Assembly (NCBI GenBank): GCA_951406725.2
Contig: OX597824.1
Coordinates: 93,620,001-93,684,000 of the forward strand
Length of the DNA stretch: 64,000 nt
Reading direction: 5' to 3'
From: Octopus vulgaris
Lineage: Eukaryota
The translations under genes were made by a program, and so were the position numbers. Below the pieces are notes generated by a model, which was not told the DNA's origin, searched no databases, and worked only from the letters and a program-made list of their open reading frames with translations. Shown here piece by piece: positions 12,268-26,180 of this stretch (positions are counted from its first letter, which is position 1; each line of letters opens with the position of its first letter).

Positions 12268-13569
12268 AGACAGTAGCTCATTTACCTTGTTTGTTTAATT
12301 CATAAACGAATTCATAGAACCGAGGACCTGCAGATTTCTTTATGTGTCACCATAGCCATTTTAGATGAACGAAAATTATCTCACCTCGATTCATCTATAT
12401 TTACCTACATTTTAGCCAACACTATGTATCTAAGAGTCCCAACTTCGTGATATTAAAATACCTAATATATTAAATCGATATATATATATTTATTCAGTAG
12501 AATTCCATTCACCTCCAAATGCTGCCTTTCGAAAAATTTGGTGAATGGAGACAACCTCATAAAGAACCCTGCTTCTCCTTCACATAAACAAGATAAGGAA
12601 CCGCAATCTCAAAGCAGACAGACACTTATGTATGTTAATATACTAATGCAGTTCTATCTCTTAAACATTCATTTGGAATCCGGCGTTTAGGTTCGGGTTA
12701 TATCTTCGGTGCAGCAGATGAGAAATAAATCTTATTTTATCGGAGATAATATTGCGAGAAACTATAAGAGTTTGTGCCCATTGAGTAGGATCACTGAATA
12801 TAAATACAATGTTACTAATGTAATTAACTTCTTGAGTAACTGAGCTGGTAACACAATATCTTATCCGTTCTTTATTTCGAAACATTTCACCTTTCGCTAG
12901 CATCGAACGATATTAGGAAGTTCGGGTTGTGTGGAAGCTGGCTGTTACTTACCTTAGATTTATGGAACGGCTTGAACGAAACCCATTGGAGCAATGAAGG
13001 AGAACGAACTATCTTATGACACCAGCCAAGTCTATTTACCCTTGATATTTACTGCTTCAAGAACTCTAGCAGCGAATACTAATTGTCTTATTATGGACAC
13101 AATGAGCTGTCAAGGTTTCAATTGCTAATCCGACATAATATAAACAAAAACAGCCTCTACATGGCTTTACAAGAGCGACAACACTAATGTGTGGATTACA
13201 ATTTAAGGTTTAATGTTAGAGTGTTGTAAGACATTGAAAGTAGTTAATGGATAAGCTGCTTGCTGCGTTTGAATAACTTAGAATCTAAGAAGTGTGTTCG
13301 TTCAGAAAACTTATGTATACATTGTTGCAGTTGCGGTGATAGTTGCGGTAAATATGATAATGCTCGTGTATTTGTTGAGGTTGGGTTGTCTTTCTGGTGG
13401 TGATGGTGATCGTGAAGGGATTCATACTGCTCATACAAGGGATGGTTACGATTACAATGCTGCTGAAGCTATAGAGGTAGTTAAGGAAAGAAAGGACATA
13501 CGTTGGTGAAACTAACAAGGAAAGGCAATCCATTTTAGTAATTAAATTGTAAGTGAATAATATTTATAA

Positions 13570-14360
13570 CAAATTTTGGCACCAGGTCAGCAATTCTGGA
13601 AGAGGGGTAAGTTGACTGCATCGACCGCAGTATTCAGCTGGTATTGAGTTTATCTATTCGAAAGGATGAAAGGCAAAGTCGACCTCGGCGGAATTTGAAC
13701 GCAGAACTCAGACAGACGAAATGCGGGTAGCTGTTTTGCCCGTCGCGCTAACAAACCTGCCAGCCCACAGCTTTAAAATGAAAATATCCTTTTCTTCTCT
13801 AGGCACAAGGCCCGAAATTTTGGAGAATGGGGCCAGTCGATTAGATCGACCCCAGTACGCAACTTGTACTTAATTTATCGACCCCGAAAGAATGAAAGGC
13901 AATGTCGAATTTGAACTCGGGAAAACACAAAATACCTATTTCTATACTGCCCACAAGTGGCTAAACACAGAGGGGGACAAAGAAGGACACACAAACGGAT
14001 TAAGTCGATTACATCGACCCCAGTGCGTAACTGGTATTTATTTAATCGACCCCGAAAGGATAAAAGGCAGAGTTGACTTCGGCGGAATTTGAACTCAGAA
14101 CGTAACGGCAGACGAAATACCGCGAAGCATATCATCCGGCGTGCTCACGTTTCTGCCACCTCGCCGCATTTTTAAAATGACCATTTTGATGTAACAAACA
14201 ATCTGTGGGGTGTATAGAATTATTGGATTCACATTTTAGCTCAAGGCTAGTAATTCCGGAGGAGGGGGTAAGTCGATTACAGCAACCCAGTGCTCGACTG
14301 GTAATTATTTTATGGAGAACGATTGAATGGAATGCAAAGGCTAGCTGGGCGGAATTTGAA
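13570..14360 (-). mobile_element. Cluster of four same-orientation SINE family C copies/fragments (best copy 13934-14167)
   Basis: Repeated AGTCGATTACATCGACCCCAGT..CTGGTA..TTTATCGACCCCGAAAGGATGAAAGGCAAAGTCGAC..GGCGGAATTTGAAC at ~13610, ~13835, ~14003 and ~14270. Confidence 0.8.
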
Positions 14361-14799
14361 AGGGGATTATACAAAATTTATTCATTGGAGGAAATTACGA
14401 TCAGAGCTATGAATTCCTATTGAGCAAAACCATTGTGCAACGGGTTTGAATTTTTATAATCTGGGGGTCTATTTAGCAAAGGATACAAAAGTAACATTTT
14501 TAAAATGTCAGCAATCTTGAGGGGATGCAGGTTATCGCTGCAGGGGCATAAGACGTATGAGAGCAGCACAGGTTTGTGTCTTGCAATTACTTGAAGGAAG
14601 TTAACAAATAGTGTTTAATCAAACTATAGAAAAATATAGTTATTCATAATGAAGTATTTATGGCCGGTTTTTATGTGAGAGAGAATGATAGTGGCATTGA
14701 TTGAGTAACCAACCGTAGCAAAAAACAAATGAAGTTACTGTCGAGGCCAAGATCTGGTCTTGGATTCCCAAGTGTATACACATACATACATATGTGATT

Positions 14800-14818
14800 G
14801 TGTATATATATATGTACG

Positions 14819-14853
<35 letters not shown>

Positions 14854-14916
14854 ATATATATATATCATTATGCATATGTATATATATATATCATTATATA
14901 TATATACATATACATA

Positions 14917-14947
<31 letters not shown>

Positions 14948-14984
14948 ATGTATATGTATATATGTATATATATATGTATGTATG

Positions 14985-15038
<54 letters not shown>

Positions 15039-15444
15039 GTATATATATATATGTATATATATATGTAGTTATGATTGCTTTTCAGAAAGATGAATTAGAT
15101 ATTCTTATTTCGTCTAAACAAATTGGCTGCGTTCAGAATGACGCTCTTTTAAACGATAGAAACCATGAGAATTTCGCATCAGGTCTTGTAAGACATACAC
15201 TTACAACAAAGAAATACATGGGGACATCAAATGATATAGGTACGCACCGGTCCCCGAACGCAGACGCCGAATGAACGGCGGACAGACGGTGAGAAATATT
15301 ACGTACGCTGCCAGTTTCTCGATTGATTGATAGTTTGCTCCGATACAAGAGAAAGAACCTTTGTTACTCAACGTCTCTTGAGGTAAACTGTCTCTCATGC
15401 TCTCTCTCTCACTCACTCTTTCCCTCTCTCAGTGTATATATATA

Positions 15445-15477
<33 letters not shown>

Positions 15478-15592
15478 ATATATATATATATATACATAGA
15501 TATATACATATATATATGTATATATATGTATATATATATATATATGGATATATATACATATATATATGTATATATCTATGTATATATATACA

Positions 15593-15638
<46 letters not shown>

Positions 15639-15760
15639 ATATACATATATATATGTATATATATACATATATATATATACATATATATATACATATATAT
15701 ACATATATATATGTATATATCTATGTATATATATACATATATATACATATATATATATGT

Positions 15761-15794
<34 letters not shown>

Positions 15795-15830
15795 ATATAT
15801 ACACTCATACATATATACAGACAGACATAG
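14800..15830. repeat. Two (TA)n-rich tracts (14800-15065, 15435-15830) flanking a short unique island
   Basis: Directly visible. Confidence 0.9.
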
Positions 15831-16016
15831 ATACACAGCTACATATATATTGGAGCGTGTGTGTATTTGTGTGTGATTGTTTGTAACACACTGTCCTTCC
15901 TTATGGTTTTCTTATAGAGTTTTCTCGTGTGTATGTACGTCCTTGTGTACATAGACGTACGAACAGTTCTAAAACTCGATGCTTGTCTGTATACACTGAT
16001 GTATGTTGAATTAATA

Positions 16017-16172
16017 CTCCATGGCTGTGTGGTTAAGAAGTTTGCTTTGCAGTCTAAGAGTTCAATTCCGTCACACGGCAACATGTGTGTCTTCTACTGT
16101 TGCCTCGGGTCGTCCAATGTATTGAACATGAATTTAGTTGATGGAAAGATTGCGTGAAAGCCTCTCGTATAT
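16017..16172 (+). mobile_element. Diverged SINE family B head
   Basis: ATGGCTGTGTGGTTAAGAAGTTTGCTT...GAGTTCAATTCC...GTGTCTTCTACT...GAAAGCCTCTCGTATATA. Confidence 0.6.
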
Positions 16173-16183
16173 ACATACATATA

Positions 16184-16560
16184 CAGGGTGTCCCAAAATT
16201 GGGTTTCAGTTTTTAATAACTTCCTTAACTTTACAAATAAATGCATGAAAGTTTAATAAAATATAAAGGACGTAATGGAAATTAATATGGACAAGTCAAT
16301 TTTTGCAACACCACTACATCACTTATGAAAAATGCCATCATTTAGATGGCAGCAATTTTTCGTTACGCACGCCCGTGCTCTTTCCAAAACTTACACCATA
16401 ACACCCTCAAGAGTTCCATACCCTACTTCTATGGTTTCTCAATTGGTGTTCGCCTTCAGTTGCACCAGGGTCTCCGGATTGTTGACGTAAAATTTCTTTC
16501 AGGTATCCCCACAAGAAAAACTCCGGGCTAGTAAACTCTGGAGAACGAGAAGTCCATTCA
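16184..16560 (-). mobile_element. Tc1/mariner-superfamily (maT/rosa-like) transposase 3' relic with terminal inverted repeat
   Basis: TA|CAGGGTGTCCCAAAA terminus. Minus strand reads approximately EWTSRSPEFTSPEFFLWGYLKE..YVNNPETLVQLKAN..., similar to WPPRSPDLTPLDFFLWGYLKE.VY...P.TL..LK. Contains stops and frameshifts. Confidence 0.8.
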
Positions 16561-16704
16561 GAGTAGACCTCACACACGTGTGTGTGTGTGTTTATATAAT
16601 TCGTTCATTAGCAAATCCATTACAAATTATCAGTTTCATAATTAGTCTTTACTAACTAAGCATCCACATTTACAAACAAAAGTGCACGCACGTATGTATA
16701 TGTG

Positions 16705-16757
<53 letters not shown>

Positions 16758-17756
16758 CTGCGTGCATTATATGTAAGTGCGTGCATGGTGTAAGATTCGT
16801 TTAACGCTAACGATGTTAAAGCATTGAGTCTTATCTACAATGTCAGCTTAATAAAATATAGCGGCTGCTCAATCCCACCAACAATATATATGTTGTGTCA
16901 CGTTGAGGCTTCAGTACATTTTAAAACGTACCGTAATACTCTCTTGATGAAGTACATTTATATAACGGTTCGTTTAGTTCATTTTACATGCTCCGCTGAT
17001 AGAATATTATGGAAGCATCGTCGAGTATAAACTTGACAAGATATATCCGAAATTTTCCCATATGAGATTAAACAGTAAAATAATTTAGCATTTCTGTTGG
17101 AAATTCCATCACTTCAAACTAACAGGGGAATCTGTATATGATTGCTCAATTTGCGGATAAGTTTTCTAGTTAAATATTCCCACCTCCTTAAAAATAAGTA
17201 AAGGGCACAATACAACGAAGAATACGTAGACACCCTGAACCCTAAAACGAAAATAACAGCAAAATTCGTCTCTTTTCACTTCAGGTCAACCCAAAAACTT
17301 TCGCACATTCGAATGCTATGCTTGTAATAGTAACTATATCCCCCTCGAATCAAATTCTTTGAACTTGCAAAACTTAGGCAGCAGCGTATCCAAGATGACA
17401 TTATCAAATGTCTGAATAACAGATGGGATGGGCATGGATTGGTTGTCTTTGTTGAGATATATGCTCAAGGCAGACAAAGGCGGTGGGTAAAGCAAGAAAG
17501 GCAGCGGAAAAGTCGCTTATCGCCTTCATTCCATTCGTGCTTCGATGGTATATAAGAGCACACAGCTCCTCTCAATGGATAAGGCAAGTGGCTTCTAATA
17601 CCGAGGAAGGAATGGTCGGATAAGCTGCAAGAAACAGCAGTCGAATTTTTAAATACCTACTGGGTACGATTTCTTCGACTAGATTCCTTCAGGGTTGTGA
17701 CCCAGCATAGCCGCTGTCCGATGAGTGAAACAATTAAAAGAAGAATAATATAGACA

Positions 17757-17785
17757 GAAAGATGGATAGAGAGACATATTGACAA

Positions 17786-17822
<37 letters not shown>

Positions 17823-17835
17823 TAGATAGATATAC

Positions 17836-17892
<57 letters not shown>

Positions 17893-17999
17893 CATACATA
17901 CATACATACATACATACATACATACATACATACATACATAGACAGAAAGACGGACAGACAGGCAGGTAGATGGACTGATAGCTTGACAGACAGATAGAC

Positions 18000-18066
<67 letters not shown>

Positions 18067-18120
18067 CAGATAGATACATACATACATACATACATACATA
18101 CATGCATACATACATACATG
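17757..18120. repeat. (GACA)/(GATA)/(CATA)n compound microsatellite
   Basis: Directly visible. Confidence 0.92.
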
Positions 18121-18125
18121 GATAG

Positions 18126-18480
18126 ATACGCCAGCTTAATTTAATTCGTCCTTAGTGGAAAGACACCTGTTGTTAATGTTCTGTTATTTGCATTTGTCTC
18201 TGTGTACCATTTCTCTGTTTTTTCTTCGTCCTTGTTCTCGTATACATTCGCTGCTTTCTTCCAATGAATCTACTACTCTTAGCTGCGTTTTCCCTTGGGG
18301 CTAGCCAGATTGGAGCAATCTCGAGGATAACCAGCCGAAATTGCAAAGATAATCTGGAACTCGACTGAGGAAAGAAAACTCCAAATGACCCGCCCTTGTT
18401 TTTCTTGTCCCTTTTTTTTATATAATGTAACTGTCTGGATGTTTAGCGTTCTTGTCACATTTAATGTATTCCTTTTAAGC
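18126..18480 (+). mobile_element. Dispersed repeat, possibly a Penelope-like terminal remnant; homologous to 58330-58660 (opposite strand)
   Basis: Shared blocks ATACGCCAGCT..ATT..TTCGTC..AGT.GAAAGACACCTGTTGTTA..TTATTTGCATTTGT, CATTCGC..GCTTTCTT and GACTGA.GAAAGAA..AATGACCCG. Family assignment is inference. Confidence 0.6.
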
Positions 18481-18538
<58 letters not shown>

Positions 18539-18547
18539 TTCTTTCTC

Positions 18548-18948
18548 TTTTACTCTTTTACTTGTTTCAGTCATTTGACTGCGGCCATGCTGGAGCACCG
18601 CCTTTAATCGAGCAACTCGACCCCGGGGATTATTCTTTTGTAAGCCCAGTACTTATTCTATCGGTCTCTTTTGACGAACCGCTAAGTAACGGAGACATAA
18701 ACACACCAGCATCGGTTGTCAAACAATGCAAGGGGGACAAACACAGACACACAAACACACACACGCATATATATATACATATATACGACGGGCTTCTTTC
18801 AGTTTCCGTCTACCAAATCCACTCAAAAGGCATTGGTCGGCCCGTGGCTATAGTAGAAGACACTTGCCCAAGGTGCCACGCAGTGGGACTGAACCCGGAA
18901 CCATGTGGTTGGTAAACAAGCTACTTACCACACAGCCACTCCTGCACC
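18548..18948 (-). mobile_element. Full-length SINE family B (CORE-like, ~400 bp, (GAGTAAA)n-type tail)
   Basis: Minus-strand head GGTGCAGGAGTGGCTGTGTGGTAAGTAGCTTG..GGTTCCGGGTTCAGTCCC; collinear with 34436-34851. Embedded in (GATA)n. Confidence 0.9.
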
Positions 18949-18949
18949 T

Positions 18950-19143
<194 letters not shown>

Positions 19144-19958
19144 ATATTGCATTGTTTTGCACCTTTGTTTGCGAGCTACAAATCTGCTTACGTCACATCA
19201 TTAATCTAAGTTTATTCTGCTTTATATTTTCGTATACGTATGTGTCACATGGTGTGTTAAACTCTAACATCTCTGAGACTATTAGCAAAACAAACAAAAT
19301 AAGAAAAACCTAGAAGAAGAAAAAACGGAAAACAACCACATAACTACTTAGTAATTGCAAGTTATTTAACGCTAAGTCAGAAGGCGAATCAACCGTCATT
19401 GCAAGAGAGCCATATTGATTTTTGTTTGTTGTGTAGATTATTTTTTTTTATGTTTCATCTGTTTTTATTGTCTTTATGGTTTATTTCCATAATTAACTGG
19501 CTTTAGTCATTTAAAATGGAATCGGTAAATTGTTTTGATACAAACACCACATAATCATTAGTAGCTAATTGCAGCGCGTGTGTACGTGTGCATGTATGTA
19601 TGTATGTGGATATGTACGCACGTATATATATATATACATATATGATATACATACATAGATACATACATATATATATATATATATGTATATATGCATGTAT
19701 GTATTCACATACATACATACATATACATACATACATATATATACATATATGTATATGTATGTATGTATTCACATGTATGAGTGCATTTATGTTTGTGTAC
19801 GAGTTTGTATAGCTATTGTGTATACTGTATGTATGTGTGTGTGTGCGTGTGTGTGTGTGTGTGTAATAAGACAAACAACATTGTGGTTTATTATCTCATT
19901 ACGTATTGTGAAATAAGCCATCTTGCACTTGTATTTTATATATATATATGCATGTACG

Positions 19959-20024
<66 letters not shown>

Positions 20025-20066
20025 TATACATAAACATATAGACACACACACACGCACATATATCTA

Positions 20067-20099
<33 letters not shown>

Positions 20100-20283
20100 G
20101 CATCAACGTCTGTATGTATGTGTGTGTGTGTATACATACATATATGTACAAGTATATAATATCTCTCTATAAAAGTAGATGCATATATACATACATACAC
20201 ACCTAGATAGATACATACATATATACATACATACATACATACATACATACATACATACATACATACATACCTACCTACATACA

Positions 20284-20315
<32 letters not shown>

Positions 20316-20793
20316 CATGCACACACGGGCATACACGGTCGTTTGACATTTGTATCCGGGTACCTGCAGTGGAAGCTTTATTGAAATTGTTTAAGGAACT
20401 TCATGCTGATTCTCCACAACAGAATGATTAAGAGAGTGTTATAGGTTTTAGACCGACGGACACAAGCAGGGAGACAGACAAGATGCTGTGCACGAAGAGA
20501 GTCGGAAAGATGATTTCAGAATTGGTTGAAAAGATGAGAATGCGGAAGAGTAAGGTGGAAGAGTAAGGTGGAAAGCTGGTTGATATGGAGAGGGAATTAG
20601 AGAACAAGGAGAACGGATGTTATAAAAAAATGTAGGAAGATATAACAGGAAGGTAAACGACTGTGAAGGGGCATAGGTAAAGCAAAGACAACCAGACAGA
20701 CAGGGATCTAGATAGATAGATGATAGATGATAGACAGAAAGACAGATAAAGACAGACACACAGACACAGACACACAAACGGACACGAACACAG

Positions 20794-20832
<39 letters not shown>

Positions 20833-20989
20833 CAGAGAGAGAGAGAGAGAGAGAGACATGGACTGACAGAGACGAACAAACAGACTGAATGACAGACAGA
20901 CAGGCAGGTAGGCAGGCAGGCAGATTGACAGACAGACAGACATACATACAGACATACATACAGACAGTCAGAGAGACAGACAGACAGAC

Positions 20990-21083
<94 letters not shown>

Positions 21084-21749
21084 GTAGATAGCCAGAGAGA
21101 GAGAGAAAGTGAGTGAGTGAGTGAGTGAGTGAGTGAGTGAGTGAGTGAGTGAGTGAATGAGTGAGTGGGGGAGTGAGTGAGTGAGTGAGTGAGTGAGTGA
21201 ATGAGTGCGTGACTAGTCGATTGTTTGAGCAGAAGAAGGAAAAGTATAATGGAAGAATAATTAGACCAAAGAAATTTAGGGTGGAACAATGTGGAAAGAA
21301 TAAACGAAGGAAAAGCGTCGCATGAAAGAAACCCCACCCTCGCCCCACTTCAAGAAATAAATTAATAAAGGTATTCAGATATTTCCCATGAGTCTTAGCA
21401 GAATTTTACGCGTTGCCAGATTGAAGAAAATATTGTCCTAATGGTTTCATTGCATGGAAGGAAATGGGCTCCGTGATAGCCACCATCTTGTGGTTCCTGA
21501 ACTCTAGAATATGCGACAGGTAAATTGGTCTAAGGATATATTATTACCTTTCTTTGTAACTGGAAAATGAAAGGCGAAAGAAGAATAAGAGATGGAGAAT
21601 GAAGTGTTGGTATGTTTGTTGAAGTGTGTTATTATAGGGGTTACTTTGTCAGGGCGCGTTGCTTAATGTTTAAGGGTCTTCCACTGACGATTGTCAGGTC
21701 GTAGTTTCAGGCCGTGCTGAGGAAGGCTTTCGTGTTTGTACACTTACAA

Positions 21750-21836
21750 CTACTACTGCTATTACTATTACTACTACTACTATTATTACTACTACTACTA
21801 CTACTACCAGTATCAGCAGCAGCAGTAGTAGTAGTG

Positions 21837-21870
<34 letters not shown>

Positions 21871-22090
21871 GGGTGGTAAGAAAAAGAGGAGGAGTAGGTG
21901 GAGGAGGAGGGGTGGAGAAGGAGAAGAAGCGTTTGGAAGGTGAGGAGTAAGTGGATGAGGTAGAAAGTAGTGGAAGAAGGAGAAGAAGAAAAAGGAGGAG
22001 GAGGAGGAGGAGGAGAAGAAGAAGACGAAGAAGGAGGAGGAGAAGAAGGAGAAGAAGAAGAAGAAGAAGAAGAAGAAGAAGAAGAAGAAG

Positions 22091-22123
<33 letters not shown>

Positions 22124-22140
22124 ACGCAGAAGAAGGAGGA
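21750..22140. repeat. Compound trinucleotide tracts (CTA)/(AGT)/(GGA)/(GAA)/(CAA)
   Basis: Directly visible. Confidence 0.9.
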
Positions 22141-22581
22141 GAAAAAGGCGGCGGTACCGCATTCAGATTTTTAAAATGAGGAAATTTCGGTGAGGAAATT
22201 CATTAAGTAGAGATAGACCTCGATGTCAAAGAGAAAGAAAGGGGTTTAGCGCCAAAAGATACCCCCATCACCACCACCCCCACCCGCCCCGACACATGCT
22301 CATAGAGATGAACAGATAATAAGCCACAAAGATAGATAGATGCGGAGGAAGGGCAAACCTTCACGCAGATAATCAATTAATAGTTTTAATTCGATCTCTC
22401 GCCAATTGACACATCTAAAAATCAAAGCTGTCGCAAACACCATCTAATTGTACAGGCGGTCACGTGACGTATTATCGATTACTCAATAATTAAGAGACAA
22501 AATGATTAACATTTATTCGCTTGTCTATATTTTATCGATGATTGCGCTTTTTCGTGTGTCAGTGTGTGAGCGTGCTTATGC

Positions 22582-22650
<69 letters not shown>

Positions 22651-22812
22651 GGTGTGTGAGTGTGTATGTGTGTGTGTATGTGAGTGTGTGTGTGTGAGTG
22701 TGTGTGAGTGTGTGTGTTCATTAATTCTTTTTCTGATGTCAGTCATTATGTACCGGACATTAATAGACAGCGGATTAGTCGATTAGATCAGCCATAGAAA
22801 TTAAGACACACA

Positions 22813-22867
<55 letters not shown>

Positions 22868-22953
22868 GGAGACAGAGAGAGATATGGATATATATATATA
22901 TATATAAAATATATATGCAATTATATATATATATATGCATATATGTAAGTATG

Positions 22954-22991
<38 letters not shown>

Positions 22992-23024
22992 TATATATAA
23001 GTATATATATATATATATATATAA

Positions 23025-23072
<48 letters not shown>

Positions 23073-23841
23073 TATATATGTAGTATATATATATGCGCTT
23101 ACGTATACATATATGTATGTTTATGTGTGCAGCTTTATTTATATGTATATGCATGTATACATGTACAGAAAATATATACGCATATATATATAAATATATA
23201 TATACATATATATGTATATATGCATATTTATATGTATAACTGTATATGTGTATAATTAATGTAATATATATGCATGCTGTGTATGTATATATATATTCGT
23301 CTTTAAGTAGTGGATGCCAAAGAAAACCAACTGCCTAATTAAATTCATTATCTTACAGCTGTTTCAGCAATCAGACCCAAACAATGGCTGGTGATGAGAG
23401 TTGCTCCATTCAAACCATTCCGTGAAAGCGACAGAGAATAATGTTATTAAGAAAATACTTTACACACACCGACACCAACCTACGCACAGATAGACATAAA
23501 TTCAAATGAAAATATAACAGACGTCTTATATATATATATATATATACATGTATAGAACGAGAGAGAGAGAAAAAGAGAAAGGGAGATTTGAGTGTATAGT
23601 GATTTTGTTTTGGCTAAATGAAACTAATGTTCAGTTGTTGGAACGTTATACTGTTATACTTTAGAATAAAGAGGCAGGAAACAGCAGAGAGCGAAATCGA
23701 TTAATGGATGATAAAAGATCAGAAGTTACCCAATCCTCTTCATTATTGATTACCTTACAGCTGTTTCTGTTATCGGAGCGACGTAATCAGGGGTGAATGT
23801 GCATCCAACACCTTATAATTCATATATATATATGTATATAT

Positions 23842-24010
23842 TATATAAAATCCGTTCTGTCTATGTGTGTGTGTCTTCTCGGATCTCGAGTATCCTCCAT
23901 CCGATTGCGCTAAAATTTGATATGTAGATACCGACGGTATCAGGGTGTGTATAAGTCTTGAAAAAAATCGATTCCAGGTGAGAATGCGATCGATAAAGCC
24001 GTTTTTGTCT
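23842..24010 (+). mobile_element. Possible non-autonomous Helitron-like 5' end
   Basis: TATATAAAATCCGTTCTGTCTATGTGTGTGTG...GATCTCGAGTATCCTCCATCCGATTGCGCTAAAATTTGATATG resembles the TATATAAA + (GTCT/GT)n + CCGATT..AAATTTG layout of short animal Helitrons. No 3' hairpin/CTAG end was confidently found. Confidence 0.4.
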
Positions 24011-24557
24011 TGCTTTTCTTCCGTCAACCTGTACATAACTGCACCTTCCATATTTTGTTGGAATGCTTATGTATGAATATTTTTGCTTTGATATTGATTG
24101 TGACGTGAATATAATATCATTTATGATTAGTTGTTTCTTGTCGTAGATTCTCTTACACACATATTACCCCTGAATGGTTTCCACTCTATTTCCCTTTAAT
24201 ACTGTGTTGTGTACTACGTTGCACTTACTCCTGGTTCGTTGCAATACGTGAGCGTCAGTTTGCTCTATGCCTTGCGTATGAATTTCGAAAGAGGGAAATG
24301 AAGAAAAATCTCATCGGATAGGTTAAGCATGTAATTCGAGCGGAAAGCTGTTTCATAATTGTCAACAAAGATTCCAGCTATACATTATGACAATGAGTCA
24401 CGGGTTTGCGGAATACCCTACCAATTGCCACAATAATTCAATGATTAAGATGCCCACTTGATTATTCGCCTGGTCAATCATACACAGACTCGACAACAGG
24501 GGACGAGGATGAAATATACTTACACACATGCACATATATATATATATTTATATATAC

Positions 24558-24597
<40 letters not shown>

Positions 24598-24895
24598 AGA
24601 CACATTTATTTATATACACAAGCATAATTATTCCAATACATATACAGTAATTTGTGTATATTTGCATACTGATAACGAAGCCGTTTGAAAGGCAAGATAA
24701 ACGCTAATGTATCAATCAATTTATCGATATATTTATATCAACTTCATCGCTCTATCTACAAATACAGATCTCCCGGTCTATATATATATGCCTACGGAGT
24801 TAAGAATAAATTATGTGAATCGGGAAAATATAATTTTTCACGTGAAGCTATATTTGTAACGTGACGTAGGTAAGGCACACGTTGTTTATGTACTG

Positions 24896-24929
<34 letters not shown>

Positions 24930-24974
24930 ATTGTGTATGTGCCCTAACCACTGGTCCATTGCGCCTCCACACAC

Positions 24975-25038
<64 letters not shown>

Positions 25039-25049
25039 GCATACATACC

Positions 25050-25223
<174 letters not shown>

Positions 25224-26180
25224 TAACTCTCTGTATTGGCCACACAGAGGGGATAATGTAGAGCTTTTCCTTTCGAAGAGTGAAAAAGAAAAAGGAGAAA
25301 AAGGAAACAAATGTAAAATTTTGATCAAAAGGGATCGGAAAAAAAACGATCAAAAGAGATCGTGTATCGCAGAAAGAATTTTTTTTCTTAAATTAAGAAA
25401 CAAGATTAGGTTCATCCTTGGAAAGAAAAGCCTACAGAAAAGACCACGGTAACCACAGGCAGGGAGTATATAAACACATGATAGCAAAGTACTCTCTCTC
25501 TCTCTCTCTGTCTTTTATTATTTACAGGATCATGCTCAAAGTGGTTTCGTCACTCGCACGCACCATCTTTGCTACATTCACCCACCTTTTTTTGAAACTT
25601 TCACGAGACAAAACCTGCCTCTCCATTCTCACCTTCCTTTTCAAGTGGCACTTGAAAAAGTTGATGAGCGATTAACCAGAGAGGTAAGTGTTTGTCTCTA
25701 ATCCTTTCGCTCGAGTCCACCACACACATTCTTTCACCATGGCCACCAGTACGATGAAAACTCCCGTGACTAAGGCGGCGAGCTGGCAGAGACGTCAGCA
25801 CGCTGAGCGAAGCGCTTCGCGGTATTTGGCCCGTCGTACGTTCTGCGTTCAAATTCCGCCGAGGTCGACTTTGCCTTTCATCCTTTCGGGGTCGATAAAT
25901 TAAGTACCTGTTACGCACTGAGTTCGATGTAATCGACTTAATCCGTTTGTCTGTCCTTGTTTGTCCCCTCTATGTTTAGCCCCTTCTGGGTAACATCGAA
26001 ACAGAAAACTGCCTTGCCTTCCAGGTTGAGAGAATAGTGGGTGGAGCAATTTCCACGATAGACTCGGCCGATAGGTGGACTCGTCCCACACGTGACAGCA
26101 GCCCTTCGGCATAAGCCCACAGGTCCGAAATGGTTGGACGCTACACGAGTGCGTGCAGAACGGTTTCGTCGCTCTGGGAG
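25224..26180 (-). mobile_element. 5'-truncated Tx1/L1-clade LINE (ORF2 C-terminus + 3'UTR), interrupted by a SINE
   Basis: 26180-26004 reads SQSDETVLHALV*RPTISDLWAYAEGLLSRVGRVHLSAESIVEIAP..LEGKAVF (decayed ET..H....C zinc-finger motif). It resumes at ~25765 as VFIVLVAMVKECVWWTRAKGLETNTYLSG*SLINFFKCHLKRKVRMERQVLSRESFKKRWVNVAKMV..LSMIL* (stop 25522-25524). A T-rich 3'UTR follows. Confidence 0.8.
25772..26003 (+). mobile_element. Full-length SINE family C nested in the Tx1/L1 fragment
   Basis: GGCGGCGAGCTGGCAGA head through TTTAGCCCCTTCTGGGTAA tail. Diverged TSD GAAAACTCCCGTGACT (25756-25771) / GAAAACTGCCTTGCCT (26004-26019), 13 of 16 identical. Confidence 0.88.

Noticed and set aside
15086-15274. 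Open frame in a unique island after a TTTTCAG acceptor-like site
   Set aside because: Short, no recognisable domain and no partner exons; cannot be distinguished from chance.
21420-21520. AG...GTAAAT-bounded candidate exon
   Set aside because: Stop codons occur in all three plus-strand frames and there is no supporting neighbouring exon.
26024-26113. Plus-strand VERIVGGAIST.. after a CAG acceptor-like site, resembling a trypsin activation motif
   Set aside because: No PW/CGG/AAHC motifs follow, a stop comes soon after, and the opposite strand is explained by Tx1/L1 ORF2 homology.
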